Shown: positions 22,916-36,628 of the stretch, one piece after another | How positions within the stretch are numbered: the stretch's first letter is position 1 | How the letters are laid out: every line of letters starts with the position of its first letter | Assembly (NCBI RefSeq): GCF_001194135.2 | Contig: NC_068988.1 | Location: 32,501,542-32,545,973 of the forward strand | Origin: Octopus bimaculoides | Lineage: Eukaryota | Length of the DNA: 44,432 bases | Reading direction: 5' to 3' | Notes under the pieces: generated by a model | Told to the model about the DNA's origin: nothing | Seen by the model: only the letters and a program-made list of their open reading frames with translations | Database searches by the model: none | Program-made: the position numbers and the translations under genes

Positions 22916-23314
22916 GTTTATATTTCTTGTAACTGAAGCGAAGGCACACACACACAAATAGTAACATACAAATGCACACAAATACATGCCATACTATGTT
23001 ATATTATATCATTATAACTTCGACTACGGTATAGGCACAGGCCGATCATTGATTTTGTCGATGAGATATTCACAACACTTAGCATCGCAGCTTATTAGAA
23101 AATTTGATCGCAGTTCTGTTTCTCGTTGTAATTTATCGTACACTCAAGGTAAGTCGATTAGTTGGACAGAGGGTGGAAGCGTACGATAAATTTGAATAAG
23201 TATTGTGATTCACCGACACATATATAAGTACGCATATAAGTTATATATTCTTGTACGAGTGCATGAGATGATACTTCAAAATATATTCTCACGTGATTTC
23301 ATTGAACATGTCCT

Positions 23315-23355
<41 letters not shown>

Positions 23356-24862
23356 TATGCATATATATGAATATAATTAATCCAAAATAATGAAAAACAG
23401 AAGAAAAAGCAACAATGCGAGGACGTGGTTAGGCGTTTTATGTTTGAAGAGAATAGTAGAGTCTCCTGGGGCAGGATATTAGGATTGTGTTTAAATTTTG
23501 TGGGCTGTTTTGTTTCTGCTATAACTATAACACTAAATCATGTGCCTCTCTAAGTGAGATCGTGTTCAACGTGTAATACTGAGGCTTGGGAAGACAAATA
23601 AAAAAATATGGAATCTAGAAAAGGGCGATTTGTGGATGAATTGTGATGGGTAGTAGCTTCTGATTATAAAGTACATAATAATATTGGAATTCCTACGCTT
23701 TATTATCATACATTCCGAATAATGTATATCAATTCAGGATATTTTTTATCTTAATTTTTAGTTGGTAATACTCAATAAAAATCGCGACAATTTTCAGACT
23801 CCTTCACTCGTTACTCTCACCTGAAATGATTAAATAATATCGTAGTGGCATTTTGATTTCAATAAGCGCATATTTTTATTTGGCTAAGTGTCAACTAAGC
23901 TATAAGTGGCTATAAGTGGAAAATTACAAAAGGAGCTCTGTTTCAGACTTCGAACTTTTGTACCCCAAGTTATGTTTCGATACCTTATAAAATCCCACAC
24001 TTTACTTTATAGAGATTATATTTATAAAGTTTTATAAACAATGGATTTCATGGAGGCAGTTCGAGTCTAAAGATAGATTCTAACTGTATGATATTACTTT
24101 CGACTTTTAACCTTACTTGAAATTATTTCAATTACTTGCTTACGAATATGTGGTAAATTCTAACCACTTATTTGCCCCTAATAGGATTGACCAAATCCAG
24201 CGTTCGATATAATTGGACAGTTAAATTCAAAAACAATGGGCAAGTTATTAAGACCGTTATACGCGTTGCTATAAATAAAATAATTAATTAAATTTTAAAA
24301 AATGACATGAATATATAAAAGTATGGAAAGGTGGATATGTTGTGAGGGGCCCAAAAACGCTTAGGTCATCTGTAAAAAAACGAAACATGTAAAAAAGTGC
24401 AATGTGAAGGAATGAACAATGCCAACAGTATCATAAAAAAATTAAAGGTAACTCTTTGGACAACTAGGAATTAAGGCGGTTGGAAGGTTCCAACATATTT
24501 ATAAAAGCTTTATATGAAATTAGTAGAAAACGAAGGGAATTTATTCCGTAGGAAATAATTAGGGAGTGTGATAAGGATGATAACTATGGTTAAGGGGAGA
24601 TAATGACTAGGGAACTGACCTAAACTGGGAGGTTATATTACAAAGTCTAACTTCTGAACTAACATCCACAGCACCTAAGCAGTGAGTTAACTAGACAATA
24701 AAACAGTTAATTGGCTAAACATTCCCCAAGTCAGTCAGCCTAGTGTTCATATGAATAAGTATAAGTATAAATTGCTAAATTAAATTATTTCAAATTAATT
24801 ATTGCTAATTATTAATATTGTTACAGATGCAAGTTGATACTACAGTTTGCTCAATCATACGT

Positions 24863-25053
24863 AATGCTAACATTAATTAAACATTTAAATTGTAAATCAC
24901 ACACTGTCACATACACGTGCAATCATATAATCTAAAAACACACATAAAATAGTTCTATATTTGGGGAAAGATTTTATTGTGTATCTCATCACAGTTACTG
25001 AATAGTTTCATTTCTTTGTGGACTTTTAGTACGCTGAAAAAAAATCGCAGCAG

Positions 25054-25097
<44 letters not shown>

Positions 25098-25637
25098 NNN
25101 NNNNNNNNNNNNNNNNNNNNNNNNNNNNNNNNNNNNNNNNNNNNNNNNNNNNNNNNNNNNNNNNNNNNNNNNNNNNNNNNNNNNNNNNNNNNNNNNNNNN
25201 NNNNNNNNNNNNNNNNNNNNNNNNNNNNNNNNNNNNNNNNNNNNNNNNNNNNNNNNNNNNNNNNNNNNNNNNNNNNNNNNNNNNNNNNNNNNNNNNNNNN
25301 NNNNNNNNNNNNNNNNNNNNNNNNNNNNNNNNNNNNNNNNNNNNNNNNNNNNNNNNNNNNNNNNNNNNNNNNNNNNNNNNNNNNNNTATATATATATATA
25401 TATACATATATATAATTATATATATATATATATTTGCTGTCAGGAATTTTTCAACGTATTAAAAGTCCCCCAAAAAAACTGAAATTATTCAGTCACTGTG
25501 ATAAGATACACAATTAAATCTTTCATTAAATATATAGTTATTTTATGTGCGTAAATGTGTTCTTAGATGTGTATGATTTCACGTGTATGTGACGGTGTGT
25601 GATTGCTATTTAAATGTTTAATTAATGCTAGCATTCT
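24863..25637. repeat. About 200-bp inverted arms centred on a (TA)n tract and gap
   Basis: 24863-25065 aligns to the reverse complement of 25430-25637 (e.g. cattaattaaacatttaaat, tcacacac-gtcacatacacgtg-aatcata, ttgtgtatct-atcacagt-actgaata, ggactttta-tacg-tgaaaaa, cagcaaatatata). Confidence 0.85.
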
Positions 25638-26789
25638 CCAAAGTGTACTTATTGTAAAGAACATTTATTGAAATTATTGCAGACTAAAAATATAGACAAT
25701 CAATTTAATTCATAAATAGAAATAATGGACAGTAAACTGCTAGGTTACATATACATCAACGTATATTACTTAATTAAGAAGTAGTATCATCTATGTACGA
25801 GTTTTCTTCTGGTAAGCAGCCATTTATCATTTGCTGATGAATTCATGAGCGCTAAAATGTGCAATGTTGAGTGTTTAAATTATAGATATAATCTATATAA
25901 CACGGTATCTTTGTAATTAATTTTGATTATTTGCGAAGGTGCAGCTGATTCGGATTTAGAATAATTCGCTTCGATAACATTGATATCCAATTACAGTAGA
26001 TTTAAATTATTTCTGGAGACAGAAGATCGATTATGAGCGATTGAGACGATATTAGCGAACGACAACAACATTGTACCTTATAATAATTCCTATCAAATAG
26101 CTTCGGAATTATAGAACTTTAATGAATTCATTTTATCGATATGTAATCAAATCTAATTGATTGGCTATGTCATACAATTCGATAAAATAATTAAAGACAA
26201 ATTCAGAAAACTCTTTTAATAGTGTTTTAACTAAGTTTTGGATACACTGTTGTCGCCACAATTGGGTATGTACTTTCTATAATTGTTTTAATCTAACATA
26301 TTGTAAAGATTATCTCAACACAACGAATAATGATATTAGTCGATGTAGCAAGACGGTTGTATTGGCTAAAAATATGCAAAAGATAAAAATAATGTAGGAA
26401 AAACTTTTAAATTATTATCAATTTCAACAACGAAATTTTGATATATATGTTAAGAGCAAAGTATTTTGATCTGGATAATATATTTTTGAAAAGTTTAACT
26501 AAGAATGATATATACAATGATCATAGTCTCACATTAATATGTACCCCCAAAATATCCGATACGGTCAACCAGTTGCCAAAACATATATATATAGCTACAT
26601 GTCCACATATCTTGGAAGATATATAATTCAATTTTTGTATGAGATGATGTATGCGAAGATTGTATTTCTAGATAAGACCAATTGATATGTTATCTATGCG
26701 ATAAAAATATCACAATGTAATACTGATACATACATAATCATGTAGACATCGACACATAGTCACTCAGATAAACACACACACATACACGT

Positions 26790-26842
<53 letters not shown>

Positions 26843-27647
26843 NNNNNNNNNNNNNNNNNNNNNNNNNNNNNNNNNNNNNNNNNNNNNNNNNNNNNNNNNN
26901 NNNNNNNNNNNNNNNNNNNNNNNNNNNNNNNNNNNNNNNNNNNNNNNNNNNNNNNNNNNNNNNNNNNNNNNNNNNNNNNNNNNNNNNNNNNNNNNNNNNN
27001 NNNNNNNNNNNNNNNNNNNNNNNNNNNNNNNNNNNNNNNNNNNNNNNNNNNNNNNNNNNNNNNNNNNNNNNNNNNNNNNNNNNNNNNNNNNNNNNNNNNN
27101 NNNNNNNNNNNNNNNNNNNNNNNNNNNNNNNNNNNNNNNNNNNNNNNNNNNNNNNNNNNNNNNNNNNNNNNNNNNNNNNNNNNNNNNNNNNNNNNNNNNN
27201 NNNNNNNNNNNNNNNNNNNNNNNNNNNNNNNNNNNNNNNNNNNNNNNNNNNNNNNNNNNNNNNNNNNNNNNNNNNNNNNNNNNNNNNNNNNNNNNNNNNN
27301 NNNNNNNNNNNNNNNNNNNNNNNNNNNNNNNNNNNNNNNNNNNNNNNNNNNNNNNNNNNNNNNNNNNNNNNNNNNNNNNNNNNNNNNNNNNNNNNNNNNN
27401 NNNNNNNNNNNNNNNNNNNNNNNNNNNNNNNNNNNNNNNNNNNNNNNNNNNNNNNNNNNNNNNNNNNNNNNNNNNNNNNNNNNNNNNNNNNNNNNNNNNN
27501 NNNNNNNNNNNNNNNNNNNNNNNNNNNNNNNNNNNNNNNNNNNNNNNNNNNNNNNNNNNNNNNNNNNNNNNNNNNNNNNNNNNNNNNNNNNNNNNNNNNN
27601 NNNNNNNNNNNNNNNNNNNNNNNNNNNNNNNNNNNNNNNNNNNNNNN

Positions 27648-27682
<35 letters not shown>

Positions 27683-28221
27683 ATACAAGAGTTAAGGATT
27701 GTGGTACATAAATTTAATTCAATATGAAGATATTTAAACCTCTTATAGGGATAGTTTTATCCAAGATACACTGGTTTAACGTAACATAATTTGAAGTTAT
27801 GATTCTACAATAAATATTATTGTATAGTATACAAATATCAGATAATATTAAGTAAGAATATTAAGTAATATTAATAGAGAGATATAATGGATATAAATTA
27901 GTTTTTTCATGAATTAACATTATTACAGTTGTTTCTATTTACACTCAATACATGTTTTAAGATTTTGAATGCAATATCATAGGGCAAAAAGTACATTACG
28001 GGATAAAATAGATGAAATAATTTTCAGTTATTTATGTGTGTCTGTGCGTTAAGATTATATTTAAATATACTAATCATATAAGTATTTAACTATAATACTA
28101 ATAGGTTAATGTATATGAAAATAAGTGATTAAAGTAAATATAAATAAACATAAATATTTAAATAAAAATGGAAATGAAACATAAACATGTAAATAATAAT
28201 TAAAAATGAAACTGCACAATA

Positions 28222-28410
28222 GGCGCAGGAGTGGCTGTGTGGCAAGTATCTTGCTTACCAACCACATGGTTCCTGGTTCATTCCCACTGCGTGGCTACTT
28301 AGGCAAGAGTCATCTACTATAGCCTCGGGCTGACCAAAGGCTTGTGAGTGGATTTGGTAGACGGAAACTGAAAGAAGCCCGCTGTATATATGTATATGTA
28401 TGTGTATGTA
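28222..28410 (+). mobile_element. tRNA-derived SINE, family A, near full length
   Basis: ggcgcaggag, A box tggctgtgtgg, B box ggttcattccc, body to ggaaactgaaagaagcccg, then a TA/TG tail. Confidence 0.93.
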
Positions 28411-28437
28411 AGTGTATTGAGGACGAAGTTGTGCTAG

Positions 28438-28485
<48 letters not shown>

Positions 28486-28539
28486 CAGTTTANNNNNNNN
28501 NNNNNNNNNNNNNNNNNNNNNNNNNNNNNNNNNNNNNNN

Positions 28540-28584
<45 letters not shown>

Positions 28585-29374
28585 CAGTTTATTCATTTCT
28601 ACGTTTATTCCAGTATATCTCCCAGTTAAATAATTTACTTTTTATTCACATTCCAATAAATGTATAAAAGAACACTATATAATAGATATTTTTATTCTCC
28701 ACTACTGTATTCACTCAGTCACTGCACCTATGTCTATTATCAAGTTTCTAAACTTTTCTACTCCCCTCTTGCACTATATTTGTTCGTGATTTTGTCTTTG
28801 AGTACATTCGGTTGAATATTTAATCAAGGAAAGAAAGTATTTCTAAGCCTTTAGAGAGATGATGCCGTTGATTTAAATATTAAACTGAATAAAATAATTG
28901 CTTGTGGTAAAATAAAATAAAAACATATTTGGGATCCTAGTATCATCAATATTGAGTGAAAGTTTGTCAGGAGAAAAATTATATTAATTTTTCTGTAGCT
29001 TTCTGAGACAGATATCTAAAAGTGCGTTAATTTCTAAGTTAGTGAAAAAACTTTTCGGATTAAAATTTCGGAAATACATGTAGCATTAATTTGTTTTAAT
29101 ATTTAACTAGCTAACGAAGCAGATACAAGATATTATTTAGGTAATGCCTGTCAACTTCAATGATATTGTTGCCATAACTGGTACATTCGAAGAAATAAGG
29201 AATGACAGCATGACCTAGAATACAACTGCGTACTAAAGTTTAACATTGAGAACTGTATCAGTTTAACGTGAAAGGTTAACGTGATTCAAGAAAAACTTTT
29301 GGCCAGATTCGTCTGGTAATAAAGTGAAATAAACAATCCGTCCATAGCAATCACAACAAATACTAGCATATATA

Positions 29375-29655
29375 CGTGTGTGTGCGTGTGCGTGTGTGTG
29401 CGCGTGAGTGTGTGTGCAGGTGCGTGTGTGTGTATGTGTGGGGGCTATGCCACTGTGCGTCTGTATTTACGTGTGTGTACGTGTGTAAATGTGAGTTTGT
29501 TTGTGCGTATAGATAGATATATATATGTGTGTGTGTGTGTGTATTTGTGTGTGTGTATTTGTGTGTGTGTTTGTGTGTATTTGTGTGTGTGTTTGTGTGT
29601 TTGTGTGTGCGTGTGTGTGTTTACCTGTGCCTATATCACTATGTGTGTATGTATG
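29375..29655. repeat. (TG)n-rich compound microsatellite
   Basis: Direct reading. Confidence 0.92.
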
Positions 29656-30704
29656 TATTAATCAAGCATTATTGCTAAATAATACAAGGTTGAAGATCGC
29701 AGATACAGTAAAACAACATGTACAACTAACGCATTCTGAAGGAAATTGTTACAATAAATATCACCTAGGCTAATAATTTCCAATACGATATCATCGATAA
29801 GTAGAGTATTAAAAGGATATATAATTCAGAAATTACCTTTGCAGTGTATCATATGATCCCAGCCTTAACACGATTGACATATGTTATTATAATATGTAGG
29901 AACTGTGGCGATTAAAATCGCAACGGATTTACAGTGTGCATGATTCGGTTTGCTAATGAATTATTGTTCTGGCTGACCAGTAATGTTGAGTAATGTTTCT
30001 TGTTCAACAGATAAAGATTAATAATCTTGTAAACCATATTTTATTGAATAGATATTTCTCTGCGGGATTAATGGACAAGATTATAAAGTGAGTGGGAAAG
30101 AATAATTAAATCTCGATTTCTTTACTGCCATTGTAGTAGGATTTCAGGAACTAAATTAAGAATCATTTGTCTTTGGGACACCGAAACAGTGTGTTCTGAT
30201 ATACTGTAGAATGAGAGAAATTTCTAATATATCAATTTACTGATTCTAATGGGAATTTTCCAGAAATACAATTTATTCTCATACGGGGTACCTTTCTCCC
30301 TTTCTCCACATGTATAATGCATTTCATTATAGTTAATGTTCATTTTAATAAAGGATCGGCAGAAAACAAATAGTACAAGTAATTTAAATTCATAACTATT
30401 CTTTGAGCATCCATGTGGTGCTCTAACACATCATATAGTTGTTAGGCGCAGTAGTAATTAACAATATCAGCTATATATTTATCTACGCTTTGAATAGGAG
30501 GTCCATATCATAACGTGTCTATTAAAATATGAGTAATACTTCACTAAAACTGAAGCTGTCATAAACGAACATACACACTCATACATAAGGTTAAACACAT
30601 CCAATTATGCATGTATATGTGTGTGTGTCTGTGTCTGTATGCGCGAGTGTCAAAGTTTGGGCATATACACATAGGTGCAACTTTGTATATACCCCACCTA
30701 CATA

Positions 30705-30736
30705 CACACACACAAACATATATATATATGCATATG

Positions 30737-30828
<92 letters not shown>
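30705..30828. repeat. (CA)n/(TA)n compound microsatellite
   Basis: Direct reading. Confidence 0.95.
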
Positions 30829-31082
30829 GGTAAGAGAGCTGGTATATGAAAACACGTGGTTGGATGGATAAAAGTCAAAATAGAGTGAAAAAACTACAGA
30901 AGACTTGTGTTATATGGTTAAAGAATATATTTAAATCGTCATGTTAGGAAAATGTTATAAAATGTTGTGCACAGTAACATTGTTTTGGGAGAAATAACCG
31001 GTTCCGTATCCTCTTTTCAAATTCCTCAAGTTTCTTTACCGATATTGTGTCATCGCTTCGCTATGAAGTGAAGTATGAGAGT

Positions 31083-31216
31083 TCCAGACCCACTCACAAG
31101 GCTTTCTTCGACCCGAGGCTATAGTAGAAGACTCTTGCCCAAAGTGCCACACAGAGGACCGAACCCAGAACCATGCGGTTGGTAAGCAAGCTACTTACCA
31201 CACAGCCATTCTTACG
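31083..31216 (-). mobile_element. tRNA-derived SINE, family A
   Basis: The reverse complement reads tggctgtgtggtaagtagcttgcttaccaaccgcatggttctgggttcggtcc...ctactatagcctcgggtcgaag...ccttgtgagtggg. Confidence 0.9.
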
Positions 31217-31356
31217 CTTATGGATGTAAATTTCATAAAGTAAAAACCAATGAAATTTTATCTGCGGAACTTGAGTATAGCAATCCGTTTAATGAATAAC
31301 ACATATTAATAAACGTGATGTAGTGTCTAAAAATATTATGTCAGTAGTACGTACAT

Positions 31357-31675
31357 GGGCTTTAAGATACATTCAAGAACGAATCAAGTTTCGATTAGGG
31401 AGCAAATATTTAAGAAAAAGTGGAAGTGGATTGGTAGCACAATTAGAAAAGACAGACCAAATGTAGCGAAAAGTGCTTTACAGTGGAATCCGGATGGATA
31501 TAGAAAGAGGGGTAGGCCAAAGAACTCGTGGCGTAGATCAACGCAAAGGGTACTTGAGAAAGGGGGACATTCATGGCAGAGTATAAGTACAGAAGCGAAA
31601 AATTATGCGACATGGAATTCAATTATAAGTGATCTATACTCCGCGCTGGAGGGTTAAAGGCAAGAAAGAAAGAAA
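31357..31675 (+). mobile_element. 5'-truncated RTE-clade LINE 3' end with a 9-bp TSD
   Basis: The peptide KWKWIGSTIRK...ALQWNPDGYRKRGRPKNSWRR...W matches the RTE C-terminal pattern WIGH.LR...AL.W.P.G.R.RGRPK.TW. Stop at 31655-31657, (AAAG)n tail, and tacgtacat at 31348-31356 and 31676-31684. Confidence 0.9.
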
Positions 31676-32420
31676 TACGTACATAATTGAAGGTTTAGGA
31701 TTACAGAATCTTACCGTCATTATAGTGTAGCTGCTTCAATAATATGAAAACAAAAATGGTTGAGACATTAATTATGGTAGACTAGAATGTTATACCCAAT
31801 TGGCATAATGAGTTTAAAAATAGCAGCTTATCTAAATATGCTCTAACACATTATCTGTTACTAAGGTGAAACCAAAATATAGTTAACCGGGATAGAAAAT
31901 TATTCATTTGTATTGGTCAGGGTGAAATTTATTAGTGTAGGCTTAAAAAATGCAAGGTTAGGATTGTTAGTAGATAGGAAATATTTATATTTAAGGTGCT
32001 TGCATCAATGGGAAATAAGTATTTTTGTAAATAGTAGAATGTTTGAATATGGTGTATCACATTATATATCACAAAGGTGGAAATATATTATTGTTAATAA
32101 AGTGGAGAATTATCCAATTGTATTGACCTAAGTATACAGATTCTCGATATAGATGAATACATTATCAATTAAGGTATTACTAAATTATGCTTACGGAACG
32201 TAGGGAATTATTAGCTAGCGTACATGAAAAATTTACATTTAGGTGCTGGCATTAATATGTAACAATTATTCTTACAAATAGCAGAATATCTGAATATATT
32301 CCAATACAATATCCAATACTAAGGTGGGAAGACATTATTGATATGCAAAATATGGAATTATTCAAAGCGTTGATCTAGGTTATAGAGTTTGTTAGTTTGG
32401 ATACTATAACTAAGAGTAGG

Positions 32421-33400
32421 TTAGGTATAGCTACCTAGTAGGAATGATTTATATTTAAGGTTTCGGCATTTTACAACCAATTCATTACACTGATTAATAC
32501 TATTTGATTTAATTTTATTAATATGGAATGCCTCACTTATACAGAACCCACAACAGCCAACACCAGCACCAGCACCAACACCAGCACCAGCACCAGCACC
32601 ACCACCACCACCAGTACCACCACCACAACCACCACCACAACCACCACCACAACCACCACCACAACCAACACCACCACCACCACCGTTATATGCCTGTGCA
32701 TTACATCCAATATACTTAGATCAGTGTACACATTTGAAAAGAAATGTACTATTAGCGTTTTCTTTATGCCAAAATGTAGATTTGTGTTTATTGCAGCAAA
32801 ATTTGAATGAGGAAGAGGACGACCAACGTAAATAAGTTCTTTAACAAGAGAATTGGTAGAGCACTTATACACATTGGTCATTATTGGGACACAGTGCTTT
32901 ATTACGGAATGTACATAGAGCAAAGTTATCTTGGTTATTAGTAGGCATAATGGGTTCATATTCATTGTTATAAATAGAACTGCTATTGGGATCGTGTACA
33001 TCAGTATGTTGATTATTTGCAACATATACTGTGTTGTGGCTATTTAGGTGGCTAGAATATGCAATATTAGATCTACTGTCAGTTGCTGTAGTATTGCGTC
33101 CTGCAGCGTGTAATGTACCAAGGATAAACCTTGCTATATATTCAGCAATATTAGGCGTGGTAGTGTATGACAGTTTAAACCTGTATCCACTGAAAATTTC
33201 CTGATATGGGCTATATTTAAGGACGACTTAATCCGAAAACTCAAAAACATTTTCGAGCTTTACTTTACAGGCAAAAACTGTTGATCAACCACAACATACA
33301 CTTATGCACTGGTTTACACCACTGGATCATACTGCTTTAACAAATATTAGCTTTTGAATCGCTGTTCAATATTCCTAGTTGATCTAAGACTGTAAATCGT
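32421..33400 (-). mobile_element. Decayed Penelope-like element: RT thumb/linker plus GIY-YIG endonuclease
   Basis: The minus strand gives IQWCKP (cf. IIWFNPP), EIFSGYRFKLSYTTTPNI (cf. KIFNRNTVKISYSCMPN), CTFRNKALCPNNDQC, VLYQ, YVG (32822-32830), HKSTF...NST, AQAYNG, C..FCISE and INQCNELVVKCRN...FLL*, with stops and frameshifts. Confidence 0.85.
32559..32684. repeat. (ACC/AGC)n trinucleotide microsatellite inside the Penelope endonuclease
   Basis: Direct reading. Confidence 0.95.
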
Positions 33401-33945
33401 GCTCTCGCTCTATTTGATGTGGGCTCTATTTGATGTGGGCTTGTGTTCATTGAGTAAACTAGAATGAGTGTATGAGCAATCATATAACTGGTATCGCCTA
33501 AGAACATGCTGACTTGTTACAATAAAGTAGACCATAAGAAATAAGGAATTAAAAGGTGCTGTTTCACTTGCAACTGTTTTCAGAGTAGATGCACATATGG
33601 TGCTTTTCGTGCAAATGAAGATATGCTATCCATATAATAGCGGTGTATTTCATCTTGAGAGAGTAATATTGTTTTAGTTCCTAAGCAGACGATTTTAGTA
33701 ATGATCACCAACACCTCTATATCATACTTTACATGTAGGTGCTCAAAGATAAACCACTTTTAGCCATTCGTTGCTAAGGAGCTACAATATTTTTTGTTTC
33801 AGTCGCATTTTAAATCGGATGTTTAGATGCAAAGTCAATCGGAGCTATTATATATCACAATGCGTCATTACCTTCTTTCTCTCTCTCCCTCACTGGATCT
33901 CTCCATATATATGTATGTGTATGTATATGCATGTATTATGTATGT

Positions 33946-34333
33946 GGAGGCGCAATGGCCCAGTGGTTAGGGCAGCGGACTCGCTGTCATAGGATCGTGG
34001 CTTCGATTCCCAGACCGGACGTTGTGAGTGTTTATTGAGCGAAAACACCTAAAGCACCACAAGGCTCTGGGAGGGGATGGTGGTGAACCCTGCTACACTC
34101 TTTCACCACAACTTTCTCTCACTCTTACTTCCTGTTTCTGTTGTGCCTGTAATTCAAAGGGTCAGCCTTTTCACACTGTGTCTCACTGAATATCCCTGAG
34201 AACTACGTTAAGGGTACGCGTGTCTGTGGAGTGCTCAGCCACTTGCACGTTAATTTCACGAGCAAGCTGTTCCGTTGATCAGATCAACTGGAAACCTCGA
34301 CGTCCTAAGCGATGGAGTGCCAACAATAACAAC
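33946..34333 (+). mobile_element. tRNA-derived SINE, family B, full length
   Basis: ggaggcgcaa, A box tggcccagtgg, B box gcttcgattccc, 3' end ggagtgcc plus an (AAC)n tail. Confidence 0.93.
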
Positions 34334-34654
34334 GTATTATATATGCATGTGTAGTTATATGTGTGTTTGTGTTTGGGTGTGTGGGTGTCTCTCTCCCTCT
34401 CTGAATCTGCGTGTGACCATGTGTATATGGGTGATTGTAATTTGTTTGTTTGATGTACATAATTCTAAATATACACGTTTGAGTGTGCGTAGTTTGTAAT
34501 ATAATTTTATTCTGTCCAGAAAACCTGCTTCTATGTGATGATTTAAGAAACACAAAGTGGCATTTGAATTTATGTCCCCTTCAACATTTAACCAACTAAA
34601 ATAAATCGATTTGGCTTGCAAGTATATAAGTATATAATTATAATTACTATTATT

Positions 34655-34677
34655 AAATGATGATGATGATGATAATG

Positions 34678-34739
<62 letters not shown>

Positions 34740-34742
34740 AAT
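34655..34742. repeat. (ATG)n-(ATA)n microsatellite
   Basis: Direct reading. Confidence 0.95.
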
Positions 34743-36175
34743 GAAAGCAAAAATAATGGTAGATACTCTACTTAATAGATCAAACGTGAATACGCCGGTA
34801 GTATGAATTAGAAGTAGGAACGCGGCTTAATTTAGTTCATGGTGATATATACGCACTGTTCATTCTCCAATCTATCATATCTAATTTGAAATAGAGTAAA
34901 CTTTAGAGGTACACAGCAAGAAGCGTATCGGAAAATGACATAGGATAATATATCAATACAGCATGGGTCGTTGTTATTGTATACACTTACATGACAAATG
35001 ATACGTGACTCGTAATGCGATTTTTAATATACGCAGGAAGTAGATTTTAATATATTACTGCATTCTTTGTTGTAGCGTTACCATTTATCAAGCATAGATT
35101 ATTTCGAGACAATATGAAGGGAAAAGAATTGGTGATACGAAAACAAATCTAATTAGTAACATCATTTATACCGATGGTATTCAGGAAATATACGTATGTA
35201 TGTTTATAAAAACATGTATGCATATGTGTGTGTGTGGGCGTGTGTGCATGGCGTGTGTGTATGGACACATATTTGTATATATATGTATGTATATATATAT
35301 ATATATNNNNNNNNNNNNNNNNNNNNNNNNNNNNNNNNNNNNNNNNNNNNNNNNNNNNNNNNNNNNNNNNNNNNNNNNNNNNNNNNNNNNNNNNNNNNNN
35401 NNNNNNNNNNNNNNNNNNNNNNNNNNNNNNNNNNNNNNNNNNNNNNNNNNNNNNNNNNNNNNNNNNNNNNNNNNNNNNNNNNNNNNNNNNNNNNNNNNNN
35501 NNNNNNNNNNNNNNNNNNNNNNNNNNNNNNNNNNNNNNNNNNNNNNNNNNNNNNNNNNNNNNNNNNNNNNNNNNNNNNNNNNNNNNNNNNNNNNNNNNNN
35601 NNNNNNNNNNNNNNNNNNNNNNNNNNNTATATATATATATATATATACATACATACATATACATACATACATACATACATACATACATACATACATAATT
35701 TCGGATATGAATTTTAACGGGAAAGAATGGAAATTTTGTGATATTTACAAACGAATGGATAGTAACAATGAATCACTCACCGTCCAAAACCTATTTGTAC
35801 TATCATGGCTGGATGAATTGATACAATATCAAAAGAGTTGCCACTACCTATCAGGCTGTCCTTTATGTTTTTATTCTTAACACTTACTATGTTTTCGAAC
35901 TTATGTTGTACACTAATCTAATACCGTACCCGAAATATCTTTTATATCCTTTAATTACTGATGAAATTATATAAAACAAAATAAATACTTATTTACATTG
36001 TTATATTATTGGGGTATTCATTTCGGATTCTCTTAATGTTTTCTCTTTCACACAAATGCTAAATTTATTTCTTATCCCGAAATTTGAAATACTAGTTAGA
36101 TACTGATGCATTGAAATCTACTCCTCTCACAAATTTTGGTGTATCCTGTCTGTGTTATTAATTACTAGTGTGTCA

Positions 36176-36420
36176 TGCTGGCAAAGCCGGCAGAATCATT
36201 AGAGTCTCGTAAAAATGCTTAGTAGTATTTCTTTTGAGTTAAAAGAATAAAAACCCGGCGTGGTTAACTTCAAATTTCATTCTTTTGGGGGACGATAGAA
36301 TAAAGTACCAGTCAAGTTTTAATGTAGCTGGTAATGACTGGAGTCTATGCTATCAACTTTACCCATCCCTCAAATTGGTGGTCTTGTGCCATAATTTGAA
36401 ACATCATCAACAACAACAAC
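36176..36420 (+). mobile_element. SINE family C, old copy with (AAC)n tail
   Basis: gccggcagaatcattag...aaaatgcttagtagtatttc...tttcattcttttggggg...taaagtaccag...cttgtgccataatttgaaac. Confidence 0.75.
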
Positions 36421-36492
36421 TATAACAGGATTGTGGGTTCTTGTCGGAAAAAAAGCAGGTTAAATTGTTCTCTTCTGAATCTGAATCTATAG

Positions 36493-36626
36493 GAGGACTA
36501 CGTTAAGGGTACACGTGTCTGTGGAGTGCTCAGCCACTTGCACGTTAATTTCACGAGCAGGCTGTTTCGTTGATCGGATCAACTGGAACCCTCGACGTCG
36601 TAAGCGACGGAGTGCCAACAACAACA
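36493..36626 (+). mobile_element. SINE family B, 5'-truncated 3' fragment
   Basis: Near-identical to 34200-34325; ends gacggagtgccaacaacaac. Confidence 0.92.
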
Positions 36627-36628
36627 AT

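Noticed and set aside
23100-23154. Strong + strand donor CAAG|GTAAGT
   Set aside because: No convincing acceptor or recognisable peptide upstream.
34574-34585. 12-nt match to the miR-133 body (gtccccttcaac)
   Set aside because: The seed (UUGGUCC) and the 3' end do not match, and there is no precursor hairpin.
35706-35880. About 57-codon non-repetitive open frame (MNFNGKEWKF...)
   Set aside because: Length is within chance expectation; no motif or splice support.
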